Shown: positions 30,483 through 48,214 of the stretch, in pieces | How the letters are laid out: every line of letters starts with the position of its first letter | Position numbering within the stretch: position 1 is the stretch's first letter | Source of the DNA: the human T2T-CHM13v2.0 reference genome, Homo sapiens | DNA length: 64,000 nt | Strand: one strand, 5' to 3' | Assembly (NCBI RefSeq): GCF_009914755.1 | Contig: NC_060926.1 | Translations under genes and position numbers: made by a program | Notes under the pieces: generated by a model | What the model was told of the DNA's origin: nothing | What the model saw: the letters and a program-made list of their open reading frames with translations, nothing else | Databases searched by the model: none

Positions 30483-32905
30483 ACAGCCCCGGAGGCGGCG
30501 GAGGCGGCGGTCGAGACCCCGAGGGGGAAGCGGCGGCTGAGTCAGGGTCGCGCCTCCGTTGGAAACTTGGGCTGAGTACCGCGGCGGGCGCGAGCGAGGC
30601 GCCCTAGACATCTTCTCCCTCCCTTGCCTCAGGTAAGGCCGCCCGGCACCCCGCCGGAGGGGAAGCGGCTGACCGGCCGCGCCGCCGAGGCCCCGGGCCC
30701 TGGGCAGGTTTTCGCGGTGCTGCCGAGCCGCGGCCGGGGCCTCTGTCCTTCCGAATCCTCGCTGCTTTCCCTGCTGCCGCGGAGCCTAGGCAGGGGAACG
30801 CCGGGCCTGGCTCTCGGGTATAGGCCCCTTCCCCGGCCGCCGCCTCCGCTGGGCTGAGGTCTGGGAGAGGCGCAGGGAGAGAATGGGAGTTTGCTGGAAC
30901 GCCTGGAAGCTGACTGATTCTCTCTTCCCTCCGCTTCAGTCTGCAAGCATCTCTTTCACACGAAAGCACTGGGGCTACCCCAAGCCTTGGCGCTTCTCTT
31001 CCTGGTGCATGCCCTGTTTGAAAACACTATCTTTTACCATTCGTTTCCTCATCAGCTTCTGCCCTACTCTGCGCTCCACTTCACTTCCTTGTTAAATCGT
31101 CTTTCTCTGCTGTCTATGCGTTCTACCCTCGCCTTCCCTCCTTAGTGGCTTTAAATTGTGTGTTTCTCTTTTCTTCGTACCCCGGCATCTCTTGCCTGTC
31201 TTCCCTAGCACCATCCTTTTCGGATGTCATTCCTAACAGTGAAGTTCTTAATTGAAACTGCCGCTTATTGTCAGTACCCCAAATCTACCGGAGCCCCATT
31301 AAGAGTATAGACTGACTAGCCATATGTGGTAAATCAGTTTTTCATAGTTTAAGCCTAACAACCTTGAAAAAATTGTATTATTAAACGTAAAGTGTGAAAA
31401 TAACACCGAAAATAATTTTTTAAATGAAGGACTCAGTGAGTGTTGGAAATAGTTATTTCTTCATTTTTTAAACTTGCATGACCTCTCATATCAGATTTAG
31501 CAGATCTGGGACGTTTGCCCATCTTATTCGGCAAAAAAAGTGCTTCTTAGGCGTTTGATAGCAGCCCAAATTCATCAATATTCAATTTCTTCTAAGAACA
31601 ACTTGAAAACTTTTTTAAAAAGAGACGTTAATAACTGGGAAGTTGTTTTGATAGTCACAGTTAAAGAGCTTTTAAAATAGGCTCCACATGTTTAATGTAT
31701 CAAAATAAAGTTGGCAGGCATGTTGTAAAAGGATTATTTAGGAATTTGAGTAGTCTTAGTGTTATGTAGCTATTTTAGGAAAAACATTCTTTTTCTGTTA
31801 ACAAACGTTTACAACTACGGTGATGTGAGAATTACTGAGGCTTCCTGTGGGATTAACACAGGAACTGTCTTTATTTGAGCTACTGCATGGATGAAGAAGT
31901 GGTAAATTGTTCAGAGTAGACAGTGTAAGTCACAGTATGTTCTAGGAGATGGAGAAACATGCCATGGACGCTGAATGTTAATAGATGTTATTTCATTTAC
32001 TTTCTCTGTTGTGCAATAGCAAAGTTCCTATTGTTGGCCTACTTTTAAATGGGGCATTTCTAAGTAAATAGTGAGACAAGTTATTCTAATTATTATGATA
32101 GTCTTTTCCAAGTGTACAGGCCTTTTAAAAATATAGTTGAAGTAATGGTAATTTTTTAAGGAAATGTTTTTGTAGGTCTGCCAAATGGACAGTGTGTTGT
32201 TCTAATCGAAATTTTAAAATTAAGTATTTAGAACAGAATATTTTAGTCCACACATTTTCAGGGATAATCTTTATTTTGTGCTTCTTCTCTCAATGCCTTC
32301 TTTGTCTTTTTTTTTGTCTTAATGGTTGTTGTGTTTTCGCCTCTTCATTTGTTTTTGCTCTCATGAAGTCTTACAACAGTTTCTGCAGTGGTTCTTTTTG
32401 TTGCTGTATATTAGCACGAGTATTTTTATTTGAGCTTTCATACTGTAAGATTTCCCCAGTTTCTAGTACATTATCCTCTGGATTTGTTGAAGTGATTGTT
32501 CTCTTTGAAGTGACCAGCAGAGCTTTCAACACCGTTTTCTTACACTGGGTGTCTGATTTCTGTGAAGACTCTAGGAATAGGTGAAAGGCCTTTCAATTTA
32601 GTCATGTCAGTAAATACTGTTTTATGTTAGTAATTCACCTAATTACTAAATTCCTTAAGATTACATCATCTGAAGGAATAGTGTAGTGTCCAAGTAACTG
32701 TGCTTCTAAGAACAGCTGATTCACAGGTTGACAGGGTCAGAAAAAGTGGCTCTTGTTGAAAGTTATCTTTTCTATAACAAACATTTTTTATGGAATCTTT
32801 TGAATTAAAATATGATGCTGATTATGTCTTGGCAGTCTTGGAAGCTTAGAATTGGCCACGGTATCACTTAGTGATTGTGGTGATTCATTAAAAAGAGGCT
32901 ATATA

Positions 32906-33202
32906 GGCCAGGTGCGGTGGCTCATGCCTGTAATCTCAGCACTTTGGGAGGCTGAGGCGTGTGGATCACTTGAGGTTAGGAGTTCATGACCAGCCTGGCC
33001 AACATGGTGAAACACCATCTCTACTGAAAATACAAAAATTAGCCAGGTGCGGTGGCGCGTGCTTGTAATCCCAGCTACTCAGGAGGATGAGGCAGGAGAA
33101 TCACTTGGACTCACGAGGTGGAGGTTGCAGTGAGCCGAGATTGTGCCACTGCACTCTAGCCTGGGTGCCAGAGTAAGACTCTGTCTCAAAAAAAAAAAAA
33201 AA
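32906..33202 (+). mobile_element. AluS
   Basis: Alu consensus. Confidence 0.95.
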
Positions 33203-33994
33203 GCTGTATTTCATGAATATTTTTATATGTAACTATTTTAAAGTATTTTGTGACATTACCTAGCATAGAAAGTAGTTAAGTAGTATAATTCTAACTCTCG
33301 CTTTTAAAAATGCAACATACAGTATTTTATATTTTCTGTGAAATATGCCTTTCACAATTCACTGATTTTAGTAAAAATTAGCAAACAAATAACTGGTGGC
33401 ATCAGAATAATAAAAGTTTGTTTAATCCAAAATTATAATAGCAAAATTTATTCAAGTAATAGCATAAAATGTGAAATCATGATTATGGTAAGATAATTTT
33501 CAGGAGTATGATATTCCTGAATTTTCAGTTATTCTTCACACTGTACCTGATTTCTTTTTGTTTTTCCCTTGCTGAATTAATTTCAGAATTGGAATGAAAT
33601 GGAATACTGCTATTATATTAGCAGCTTTAAAGTTTTATTGTAAAATGTATCGTATATTAGCAGAATTGATGGTTAAGTGTACTGACATTTCACTATGCTA
33701 TACTCAAACATTGATGGTGAAATAGAGTTTTGGGAACTATTTAATTTTTGTAGTTTGTAGTTGGCTGTCATAAAATTTGCAGAATGACAGAACTGATCAT
33801 CAGCTTCTAGTGGCTGATCTAACAAGAACAGGTGAAGAAAAAGGTACATGAGCTTCATAATGTGTATTTTTTCTTTGTTTTTGTTGGTGTTTACTTACAT
33901 CAATACATTGAGTTAAAAAAATGGGTTTTCATCTTTTGGATTAATTTAAGTATGCTAAAGCCATTTTAGAATCTTTACAAGTAAAATGTTTCTA

Positions 33995-34525
33995 GGCCGG
34001 GCACAGTGGCTCACTCCTGTCCCAACATTTTGGGAGGCTGAGGCAGATGGATTGTTTGAGACCAGCCTGGGCAACATAGCAAGACCCTGTCTCTACAAAA
34101 AATAAAGTTAGCTGGGCTTGGTGGTGTGTGCACCTGTAGTTAGCTGCTTGGGAGGCTGAGGTGGGAGGATCGCTTGAGCCAGGGAGGTCAAAGCTGCAGC
34201 GAGCTGTGATTGCACCAGTTTGCTCCAGCCTGGATGACAGAGTGAAACCACGCCTCTATTTTTTAAAAAATTCTGATGTGACTTAATCTCTTTGTGTCCA
34301 TTTGATTTGAGATGATTGACACTTTTGAACATTTCCATCCATATTCCTTTTCTTAAAGACTACCTAGAAGACTAACAAGCGTGGCCAGGCGTGGTGGCTC
34401 ACGCCCATAATCCCAGCACTTTGGGAAGCCAAGGCAGGCAGATCACTTGAGAACAGCCTGGCCTGGCCAACGTGGTAAAACCCAGTCCCTACTAAAAATA
34501 CAGAATTTAGCCAGGTGTACTGGCC
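33995..34525 (+). mobile_element. AluJ (33995-34260) and Alu left-arm fragment (34383-34525)
   Basis: Diverged Alu with deletions; fragment flanked by agactaaca repeat. Confidence 0.85.
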
Positions 34526-35010
34526 GGCCAAAAAAGACTAACAGACCAGATACTGGAATCAGCGTTATGGTGAAAAGAACCCTTTACTAAATTCTTGATG
34601 ATGTTACAAAATTTTCCAAAAGTGTAATCTATATAGTGTATTTATTTCTCAGAGTATTTAAAGATTTTGAGATTTAGTTTTTAGTAACATATAACATCCT
34701 AGGAAACATAAATACTGTACAATAACTTATATACTTTTTTTCTTTTTAGTTTTCTTTTTTCATTTCTTTTTTGCCCCTCGAGATCTCATACTTCGTAGTT
34801 TTCCTTCAAATTACAGGGTGCTTTATTTCTCCCCTTTGGTTTAACTTTAATAACAACCATAAACACTTTACTTCTGAATTAATGGTAAACCATGACACAG
34901 AAGAGTGCTTAAATACATTTTTTTCTTTTTGTTTTACTATAACTAATCACATCTACAATATCTTGTTATTGCTTGGCATAACATATACCTTTTATAATAA
35001 TACTCTTCCT

Positions 35011-35300
35011 GGCCGGGCACAGTGGCTCATGCCTGTAATCCCAGTACTTTGGGAGCCCGAGGTTGGTGAATCACTTGAGGTCAGGAGTTCGAGACTAGCC
35101 TGGCCAACATGATGAAACCCTGTCTTTACCAAAAAATACAAAAATTAGCCGGGTGTGGTGGCACATGCCTGTAGTCCCAGCTACCCCGGAGGCTGTGGTG
35201 GAGAATTGCTTGTACCCGAGAGGTGAAGGTTGTAGTAAGCCAAGATCACGCCACTGCACTCCAGACTGGGCGAAAGAGTGAGACCCTGTCTCGAAACAAA
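35011..35300 (+). mobile_element. AluS
   Basis: Alu consensus; TSD ataataatactctt. Confidence 0.95.
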
Positions 35301-36322
35301 AATAATAATACTCTTTGTAATAACTTGTTTAACCTCAAGAACCTTGTAGCTTAATCAATTGTAGTATTTTAATTTGTTAGTTCATATATTATACATTTGA
35401 CATGGTTTATAACATTTAAAACACACTTTACTAATTTAAAACTTTTGATTTATCACACAGTTTAATATTAACTTGTAAATATAAAATGGATTCAAACTTT
35501 TCTCTTGGAGAATGTTTAAGTATCATCAGTATTCTATTTTTTAGCTTTAAATTGATTCATTTCTTGAAAATTAAAAATCTTAAAGTTTAGAAACATAACA
35601 CTTCTTGGAAAATTGTTTTGCATCCTTGTGAACAAAAGAAGATCCAGTTAAATCCGATCTCATACTTAGAGGAGACAGACAAACTTTGGAAGCCATGTAT
35701 TGACTATTAAGGAACTTGTCTTTCTCTTAGAGATGGTACCAATTACTGGTAGTGATATAGGGAGGATAAGACCTGTCTCTAGGATTGCTGTGATTATTGT
35801 CTACGTAGAATGGCCTTCACTTCAGAATCAGTTGTGAATGAAAAGTACATTTGTGTGCTAGAAATAGGAAAAAACCTTGTCTTTTATAGAAAACTTTTAA
35901 AATGCAGTTATGTTATCAGGTAGATTCAAACGTATAATATACAAGAAAATAAAACAAATGAATAAGTGTTGTTTGCCAGAGAAGAAGCAGTTCTGATCAA
36001 TAATATGTAGAGTAATTTGTAAGAGTTTGAAGGCTTGCGAAGCGCTTTTAAGCTTGAGAGTAATGTCAACTCATTTTTAAATCTAATCGCATTTTATTTT
36101 CTTGATTGTAGGTATCAAGAGCACTCCTCGCATTGAAAAGGGCTGGTTACTGGATGTTCTTATGAGTAGGAGAATCTAGAAGTGTCAGCATGGGTGTTTA
36201 ACCTATTTGGGCAGTGTTTTTCCTTTTCCTTGTTCTGACTAAAGCATTTATCTCTGAGGTGGGGAAATGGCATTTTCTGTTGAACACAGGTGGCCTTTCT
36301 TAGTCCCTTAAAAAGAGGACAT

Positions 36323-36614
36323 GACTGGGCCTGGTGGCTCACGCCTATAATCCTAGCACTTTGGGAGGCCGAGGTGGGCGGATTGTCTGAGCTCAGGAGT
36401 TCGAGACCAGCCTGGCAGCACGGTGAAACCCCATCTCTACTAAAATACAGAAAATTAGCTGGGTGTGGCGGCATGTGCCTGTAATCCTAGCTACTCAGGA
36501 GGCTGAGACAGGAGAATCGCTTGAACCCAGGAGGTGGAGGTTCAACCCAGCTGAAATCGCGCCACTGCATTCCAGCCTGGGCAAAAGTGAGACTCCGTCT
36601 CAAAAAAAACAAAA
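36323..36614 (+). mobile_element. AluS
   Basis: Alu consensus. Confidence 0.93.
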
Positions 36615-36883
36615 GTGGGGGTGGGGGAACATAATTAATTCAAAGCACTCCAAATGTTAAGATTATATAGGAGATTTCGTTGAGCTTTGGGAGGCTTTCT
36701 GCTTTTATTTACTCTGAGCTACCAACCCACTGAGAAGTAAAGAATTCAGAACAGTCTAATAGTATTTAGTCTGTAACCCTCCAGCCAATTCTTATGTTCA
36801 CTGAGTGCCTTCTGTGTGCAAAGGCCCCCATTTCATGCCAGTATCTGAACAAAACAGACAAAATCCCAAATCCTTGTCGTTGA

Positions 36884-37435
<552 letters not shown>

Positions 37436-38175
37436 GTTTAAGATTAAAAGATGACCCAAAGAGAGAAAAAGAGATCCCTGCATTAGACAGACATGAGGGA
37501 AATTTGGGGCCTTCAGGTGTTTCCATTTACTGTACATCCTTGGATAGATGAGTTCCTGGAAAGGAGGATGGGAGTAAAGGTGGAACAATAGGAGAAGGGT
37601 GAACAGGATTTTTTAAGTCTGATTTAAATAATTGGGATATACCTATAAAATATATGTTGTCATTTATGTTTAAAAAGCTTTCTGTTCTTACGTGAGTATA
37701 GCTGAAGGATTAGTGGTTGACCAATAGTGCCTGGTACTGATTTGTAATGGCTACTTTTGTGCTCTTAGCAAAGATGGCTAATGGAGCCAATTTGTCTCTT
37801 GGTTTATTGTGCACAACTTGGTCTATATATTTATCACTGCTTCTCCTTCCATAGCTTTGTTGTATTACTTAACGTCGTGCCTTTGTTTTTTCTGCATGTG
37901 AGATGGGCGTATTGCACTTAGATGTGTGAAGCAGGTGCTTAATTTTTGCTTTCTGTTCTTTCTATTGCTTTCCTACTGAACCAGTTTGGTAAAGAGGCCT
38001 CTTCTTCAGTTTATACAAACATTGCAAACTTAAGCATAAAAGATCTTTCATCTTTTTGTTCTTATTTTAATGCTTGGTGGTCTTGTGCTTTCATTTATGA
38101 GTCAGTTTCATTTGATCTTCATTGCTAAAGTGAATCAAGATTGATTTTTTTAATTTTAAAGCAAATCAACCAACT

Positions 38176-40797
<2,622 letters not shown>

Positions 40798-41072
40798 CTC
40801 TGTGTTCTTGTCTGTGTTTGATATTGAGAGTCTCTCTCTCTCTCTTTTTTTTAATCTAAGGAGAGAGAAATGGTGTTTTATTTTGACTTTAATTTTGCAT
40901 CTTCCTATTAGTTTTCCTAATGACAAAATCTTACAGGCATAAATATGGAATTACTTTGCCGTTGGAATGCAGGTGTTTATTTTGTTAATTGTGTTTAAGA
41001 GTTTTTAGATATTAGATATTAGATTTAGATGTTAGTGTGTCTATAAAATGATGGTGCTAATTAAAGACTTTA

Positions 41073-41393
<321 letters not shown>

Positions 41394-41962
41394 TCAACTC
41401 TAAAATATTCCCCAAAATGTGTATTTGGATTGAAATGAATGCTTGGAAGGACAGTACTTGAATGGCAATAATAGGGGTAGGAACAAGGCAATTGCTTAAT
41501 ACTTAAGGGAAACAATCCTTTGTATGTATTTCTTTTCCTTCATATATTTCTCCCTTTGTTTTGCTTAATCTTGATCTTTCTTTCCTCACTTAGGAAGAGT
41601 TGGCTGAATGGATCTGATCTAGAGCCAAAGATGTTCTCAAAAAGGGCTACAGGGATAGACTGACTTTGGGAGTTGGGGATACTCTATGCCCATCATCAGG
41701 AAACAAACCAAGTAATATAAATTCATTAGTGTGTCGTCTGTCCACAGTAAGTAGGTGTAATTGGCTAGGTGATTTAAATGAATCAGCAGAAATAAAATTG
41801 CTGGAAATCAAGGACTGCTTGTACTTAATAAATGTTGCAGTGGATAATAGAGGTTAATCAGCATTCCAATAGATTTTTAGGTCTCTGCCAATTTAATATT
41901 TCTGGGAATGTTGAAAAATTTAACTAGGACATTCTTTCTTGAAGAAGGATCTTTTTAAATTA

Positions 41963-42597
41963 CTTTTGTTTTTTTTTGAGATGGTGTCTCACTCTGTTGT
42001 CCAGGCTAGAGTGCAGGAGTGTGATCATATCTCACTGCAGCCTTAAACTTCTGGGCTCAAGCTATCCTTCTGCCTCAGCTTCTCGAGGAGCTAGGACTAC
42101 AGGCGTGGGGCACCATACCTGGCTAAGAAGTGTCTTTTAAGTTAACACATATTTTATTTAGTACCTACTAGATGCCAAGGTCACGAATTAGGGTAGGAAA
42201 GGAGCTAAGAAGAGCAAAAATGTTAAAAGGAATCCAAATGATTTTATAGGAGTGGTGAGATGGTGGTAGGAAGAGTTGGGATGACATCAAGGTGGAAGAA
42301 GTGTTTTGTTTTGTTTTGGAGACAGGGACTTGCTCTTTTGCCCAGGCTGGAGTGCAGATCACAGCTCACTGCAGCCTCGATCTCCTAGGTTCAAGCAGTC
42401 GTCCTACCCCAGCCTCCCAAGCAGCCGGGACCACGGATGTGTGTCACCATAGCTGGCTAATTTTTAAATTGTTTGTATAGACAGAGTCTCACTATGTTGC
42501 CCAAGCTGATTGGTCTCCGACTCCTGTGCTCAAGTGATCTTCCCATTTTGGCCTCCAGAAGTGCTGGGATTACAGGCATGAGGCACCATACCCAGCC
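41963..42597 (-). mobile_element. Alu right monomer (41963-42126) and AluJ (42304-42597), within L2-like DNA
   Basis: Diverged Alu sequences. Confidence 0.85.
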
Positions 42598-43590
42598 TAG
42601 GAAATATTATTTCACAGGCACCTTGAAGGATTTGGCTAGCTAAATAAAGTAGAAAAAACTGACTGTGAGGTGGGAATGACCATGATGAAGTTGAGCTGTG
42701 TAGAGCCTAGGCATGACAAATTAGAGAAGGTTCTTGATAAGGGTGTAAAAAACCACTGCATCTTTTAGGGACATTTAAGGTGTGTTTTAGGGAAATGAAG
42801 CTCATGATAATCTGTAGGTGGATTAGAGGAAGATGGGGTTGAAGTCAGGGAGATCCACTAGGAAGAAGTTAGATAATCAATGCATTATGTGATGATGCTA
42901 AAATTAGGATGGTAGGGTGAGAGAGACACTGAAAAACAAGATTGATGGAACATAGTGATTTAATGGTGGTTGAATATATATCAAAAGATTTATGGCTTCT
43001 GTCCTGGATTAATACTAGAGGAATGCTGTTACTAATACAAATAGGTGGGTAGGCATATGAAGGTGGCTTGGGTGCAGAGATGAAGTTTTTGATTATGTTA
43101 TATTTGAAGAGAGATGTAGCATAACCAAGGTTTGTGTTTAAAATCTAGACTAAAATTCATCTGAAGTCAGTGTAGACATAGCTTAAGCCATGAGATTGCA
43201 TCAGAGGGCAGATACTGTGTTTTGGGTTGAAGGTTAATTATTATCTTGGGACCCCACTTCCCTTTTTCAGAGGGTACAGAAAAAAGAATAAAGAATAAAG
43301 AAAAAAGAATAAAGTTTTTTTGATTTGAGAGTGTTTTGAAAGTCAACACAACTGTTAAGAGTTTCCAGAATCGAGGCGTTACCAATAGTTTGAAATGCCA
43401 CAAAGTACCTTATTTTGAGAAGCTTCTTCTTACGACTGATAGTTGGCTAATTCTACCACACAGGACATCAGTGTTTGAGCTGTTTGGTCAGGAATATTGG
43501 TGTTTTGGGTTCTGAAATGGCTGTATGTTATATCGTGAGAAACATTCTCTATGGACGATACTCCAGACATATGGGAAATACTAGTAATTT

Positions 43591-43908
43591 CTTTTTTTTC
43601 TTAATTTTTATTTATTTATTTTTTTGACACAGAGTTTTGCTCTTGTTGCCCAGGCTGGAGTGCAATGACATGATCTTGGCTCATCGCCACCTCCGCCTCC
43701 TGGGTTCAAGTGATTCTCCTGCCTCAGCCTCCTGAGTAGCTGGGATTACAGGCATGCACCACCATGCCTGGCTAATTTTTTGTATTTTTAGTAGAGATGG
43801 GGTTTCTCCATGTTGGTCAGGCTGGTCTCAAACTCCCCACCTCAGGTGATCCACCTGCCTCGGCCTCCCAAAGTACTGGGATTACAGGAGTGAACCACAG
43901 TGCCTGGC
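43591..43908 (-). mobile_element. AluSp/Sq
   Basis: gtttctccatgttggtcagg diagnostic; TSD aatactagtaattt. Confidence 0.95.
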
Positions 43909-45043
43909 CAATACTAGTAATTTATAATTACTTTGTTCTTGATTACCTAATATTTAAGTTTTCTAATTGTGATTTGCTTTTCTTTTTTTACTTTTCTCTT
44001 TAGTTTGTTTTGAAATAATAGGTTACAGGTTTCCTCTGTTTAGTAGGCACTTTTTCCTAGTTATGCTTTCTTTGACTCTAGGGGCTTTATTTTTCATACT
44101 TTTTTTCTTTCTTATAATTACTTTGTGTAGAATTGGACCGTGATGTTTTCCTGAACTTTTAGGAAGGTAGGGTATGTGTGGATTTTTTTGTAATTTAGAT
44201 TTTCTTCTTAGCAGTTTTTCTTTAGTGTAGAGCTTCGTCTAACAAGGGAGCATTTATTTCAGAGTTTATGGGATCTAGATTGCTCCAGCACTATCAGATC
44301 TTGTTGTATATTGGTCCCTTTGCATGACCCCAGCAGTTGGGTCTTGCAGAATTCCCTTTCAGTTTTAGCTGTTACTAGATTATCCTGTCACACTTTTCAG
44401 TGAGTAGCTATTGGTGATGTTGGAGTTTCTCTCATCTCAGGAACTTCAGAAGCCTGTTTTCCTTTTGCTTCCTTTTGCACAAATGCTAATACCACTTGGG
44501 TCTTATAACAGTTTGTAGTTTATGGGGGAATAATACCTTTGTTGTTGGATTGCTTTGTCTGGGGGAGGATATTAAAAACCTCTGCTGTGACCACCACTAC
44601 CATCTTAGACTGTCCCATGTGCATGTTCTTAACTACTGTGTTGTATTACTTGCCAAGTGACATTCGATGAAATCAGACCATTTAGATGAGGAATATCCAC
44701 ATTTTGCCTTGAACATTCTTCCCGTGTGGTTTTGGAAACAAATATCTGCACAGAGTAGGATAAGTAAGACAGAATAATAGGCATTTAACTGGATGGAGAG
44801 TCAGTCTCCAGAATCAAGTACAGCTGGATACTGGGATAAGGTTTACATAAGTTGTTAGGTAGGCCTGAATGACCTAAAACCAGAGGAAGCCAAAAGGCCT
44901 GCCTCCTCATCACCACCCAGTAAAGCCTAAAGCTTCAGCTTCTTTATTACATAAGTACATTGAAGGGCATACCAGTGAGCCCCAGGAGGAAGGGAGAGAA
45001 TTAGCCAGAGAGCTTTTTGACCCAACTTTGAGCCTGAGGATGA

Positions 45044-45386
<343 letters not shown>

Positions 45387-45599
45387 TAGTTCTTAGTTTT
45401 ACCACTTGATAGTTGTGTGTCTTTGGCAAGTTCTTAACCTCATTGTATGTTTCCTTATTTGTAATGTAGTGATTATAATAGTACCTTCCTCATAGGATTA
45501 TTGTGAGGATTAAATGAGTTCATGCCTGTAAATACGTTGAAACAATTCTTAGCACACAGAAAATGTCTGCTGCTCTAATAGGTATCCAGTGGTTGTTCT

Positions 45600-46050
45600 T
45601 TTTGATAGGACATTGACCTGTTAGCAGCATTTGACGCAGTTTATCACTTCCTCCTCTGTAAGCACATTTTTCTTTGTTGTCAGGGGTACCACACTGTTGG
45701 TTTTCCTCCCACAACTCTGGTTGCTGATTCTCAGTAATTTTTACTGCATTTTTTTTCGTCTCTTGACCTTTAAATGTTGGAGTGCTCAAGAACTTAGTTC
45801 TTTAGTGTCTTCTCTTTTTAAATTATATTTACTCTGTTCTCAAGGGGTTTAAGTGGAGATTTAATTATCATATAAATGCCCCCGAATTTATGTCTTCATT
45901 CTTGATCCCACTCCTGAATGCTTTATTTCTAGATCCACCTTCCTGCAGTATCTCCACTGGACATATAATAGACATCTCTAACTGAACATGTTCAAAACTG
46001 ACTACTTGATAGATTATGCCTCCCTTCTTCTCCCCTAAGTTGCTGTTGGC
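45600..46050 (-). mobile_element. L2 fragment
   Basis: cagcatttgacgcagtt.atcact, tctccactgga...agacatctctaactgaacatgttcaaaactga. Confidence 0.75.
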
Positions 46051-47675
46051 ACAGACTAAATCAGGGATTCTTAAGCTGGAGCCCACAGACCCACATAGGG
46101 ATCTATCAGTAAAATTCAGGAGAATCATGTTTTTATTTTCACTAATCTCTAACTGAATTTTAACATTTTCTTCAATTATCAATGTAGTATAGCAATACTT
46201 TTTTACTTGTCTTCTTTAGAAGTCAGATATTTCTATATCACTTTATAGTTGTTGCAGGTATCTTAAAATATTATTAAACTCACCACTACTTCAGAATTAT
46301 GACACTTATTAGACCGGCCACTAGATACTGTTGTGTTAGTGAAGAAGACATGTATTACTATGCCAAGTTTTAAAAAATATTTTGATAATGACTTTAATAT
46401 TATTGGGTTTTATAGTAATCCTAATTATTGTATACATTTTATGCTTACCTGGCTTCTAAACTGTTTTGCCTGTTTTTACATTTCATTTAAATGGAATCAT
46501 ACATTGTATACTCTTTGATTTCTAGTTTCTTTCAGCATTGTTAATGAGATTCATCTAAGTTCCTGCCTATAGTTGTGTCTTGTAGAATTTGGAAAAGCAT
46601 GACAAGTGACGTTAAATTAATTCCTCTTGTATGATACCTTGCCCTATGTTGAGAACTGCTACTTTAAAGTTGATTAAGTGGTAATTTTCTGTTTTTGATA
46701 TAGCCTGAATAAATACTTTTCATAGGTCTGCATGTAGTTTGGTTTTTAGAGCACACTGTATGTATTCAGTGTGATAGATTTTTTTTCTCAGATTAAATTT
46801 GCGACTAAAGCAAAATACCACTGTCAACAAAGCTATTTCCATTTTATGAACTATATTTTTCTTGTTGAAAGGCTTGGAGAGGGGTAAGTTACACTGTTGT
46901 CCTGAGTTTGAAATTTCTAGCTGAGCTTTTGATTTAGGACAAGAAAATCTAAATTATTCTTGTATCTGGGGTCTCTCACTTATGATTTCAGAGAATCTGA
47001 TTTACTGAATAAATTTGTTTTCATAATCTTGCTCTAATGTAGAGCTATAGTTTCCAGCTTTTGGAGAATTATTGAAAGTGACTAGCCTATTTTTATCAGT
47101 AACATCTCCTTGCCATTGGACCTGGGTGTGGTCAATGCCAATGTTATTCAGCAATTATAATGAAAACTGTAAAATATCTCTTAAACAATTATTCAAGCCC
47201 TTTTGAATGTCAGTTATGATTTTGAAAATCTGAAGTGAATGCCACTGATACTACAGTTCATCAGAATTGATTTGGAAGAGGGGAGGACTTAAATAATTTA
47301 ATTCTGATGATACTAAGAATTGGAAGAAAGGATGTGAGCTACATGTTCTGTTTCTGTGAGTTTACTGATGGGTGGAGTTGTTTTTCTTTTGCTTCTCATT
47401 CAAGCAGTATAGGATTTGATGCAGGTGTTTGTGAATGAGTATGTTCTGTAAGGTCCTGGAATGGTGTTATTAGTATGTGACTTTTCAAGCATCTCTTTGA
47501 ACTTAAGCTGGTTATTAGATTTTATTACTACTATCATTTATTTTAGCAATGTTTTATAATAATGAAAGCCATTAATCTACACATTGTCTAGGAACAGGCT
47601 GGAAGTGAAGAGTACTTGGCTATATCATAGAAATATTTCTTGGTAACACTTTGGAGTATATGTGGCATCAGTTAA

Positions 47676-48024
<349 letters not shown>

Positions 48025-48214
48025 GATTTTTAACTAAAAGGTTTATACAACTATTTAATGATTTTTCATTTAGACATTATCATTTGATTTTCTGCTATGG
48101 AATGTCAAAGGAATTTTCTGTGGTCTAGTTTTGTTGATGAGAAGTCTCGTGCTATTTGGATTCTTCTTTTTGTGTAGATGACTTTCTAGCTCTACTCTTA
48201 CCCCCAAAAGCTTA

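Larger units (their letters stand above)
30232..30632 (+). other. PPM1B: PPM1B exon 1 (5' UTR); start approximate, end fixed by donor
   Basis: GC-rich segment in CpG island ending CAG|GTAAGG at 30632/30633; nearest upstream CpG-island exon to the PPM1B ATG exon. Confidence 0.8.
29170..30900. promoter_or_regulatory. CpG-island promoter of PPM1B, likely bidirectional
   Basis: Very high GC and CpG density; CCAAT/ATTGG at 29417, 29446, 29514, 29636, 29708, 29767, 30009; GC boxes (gaggcggggc ~29904, 30031); no clear TATA before exon 1. Confidence 0.9.

Noticed and set aside
30299-30607. 102-codon Gly/Arg-rich ORF in frame with spliced PPM1B as an N-terminal extension
   Set aside because: Starts at TTG and is closed by TAG at 30605-30607 without a read-through context; an extension would also mask Gly2 myristoylation.
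29109-30969. Overlapping ORFs on both strands across the CpG island
   Set aside because: Expected from stop-codon scarcity in GC-rich DNA; no recognisable protein features.
32192-32584. 130-aa hydrophobic ORF in intron 1
   Set aside because: GTG start, F/C/S-rich composition explained by T-rich DNA, no family motif.
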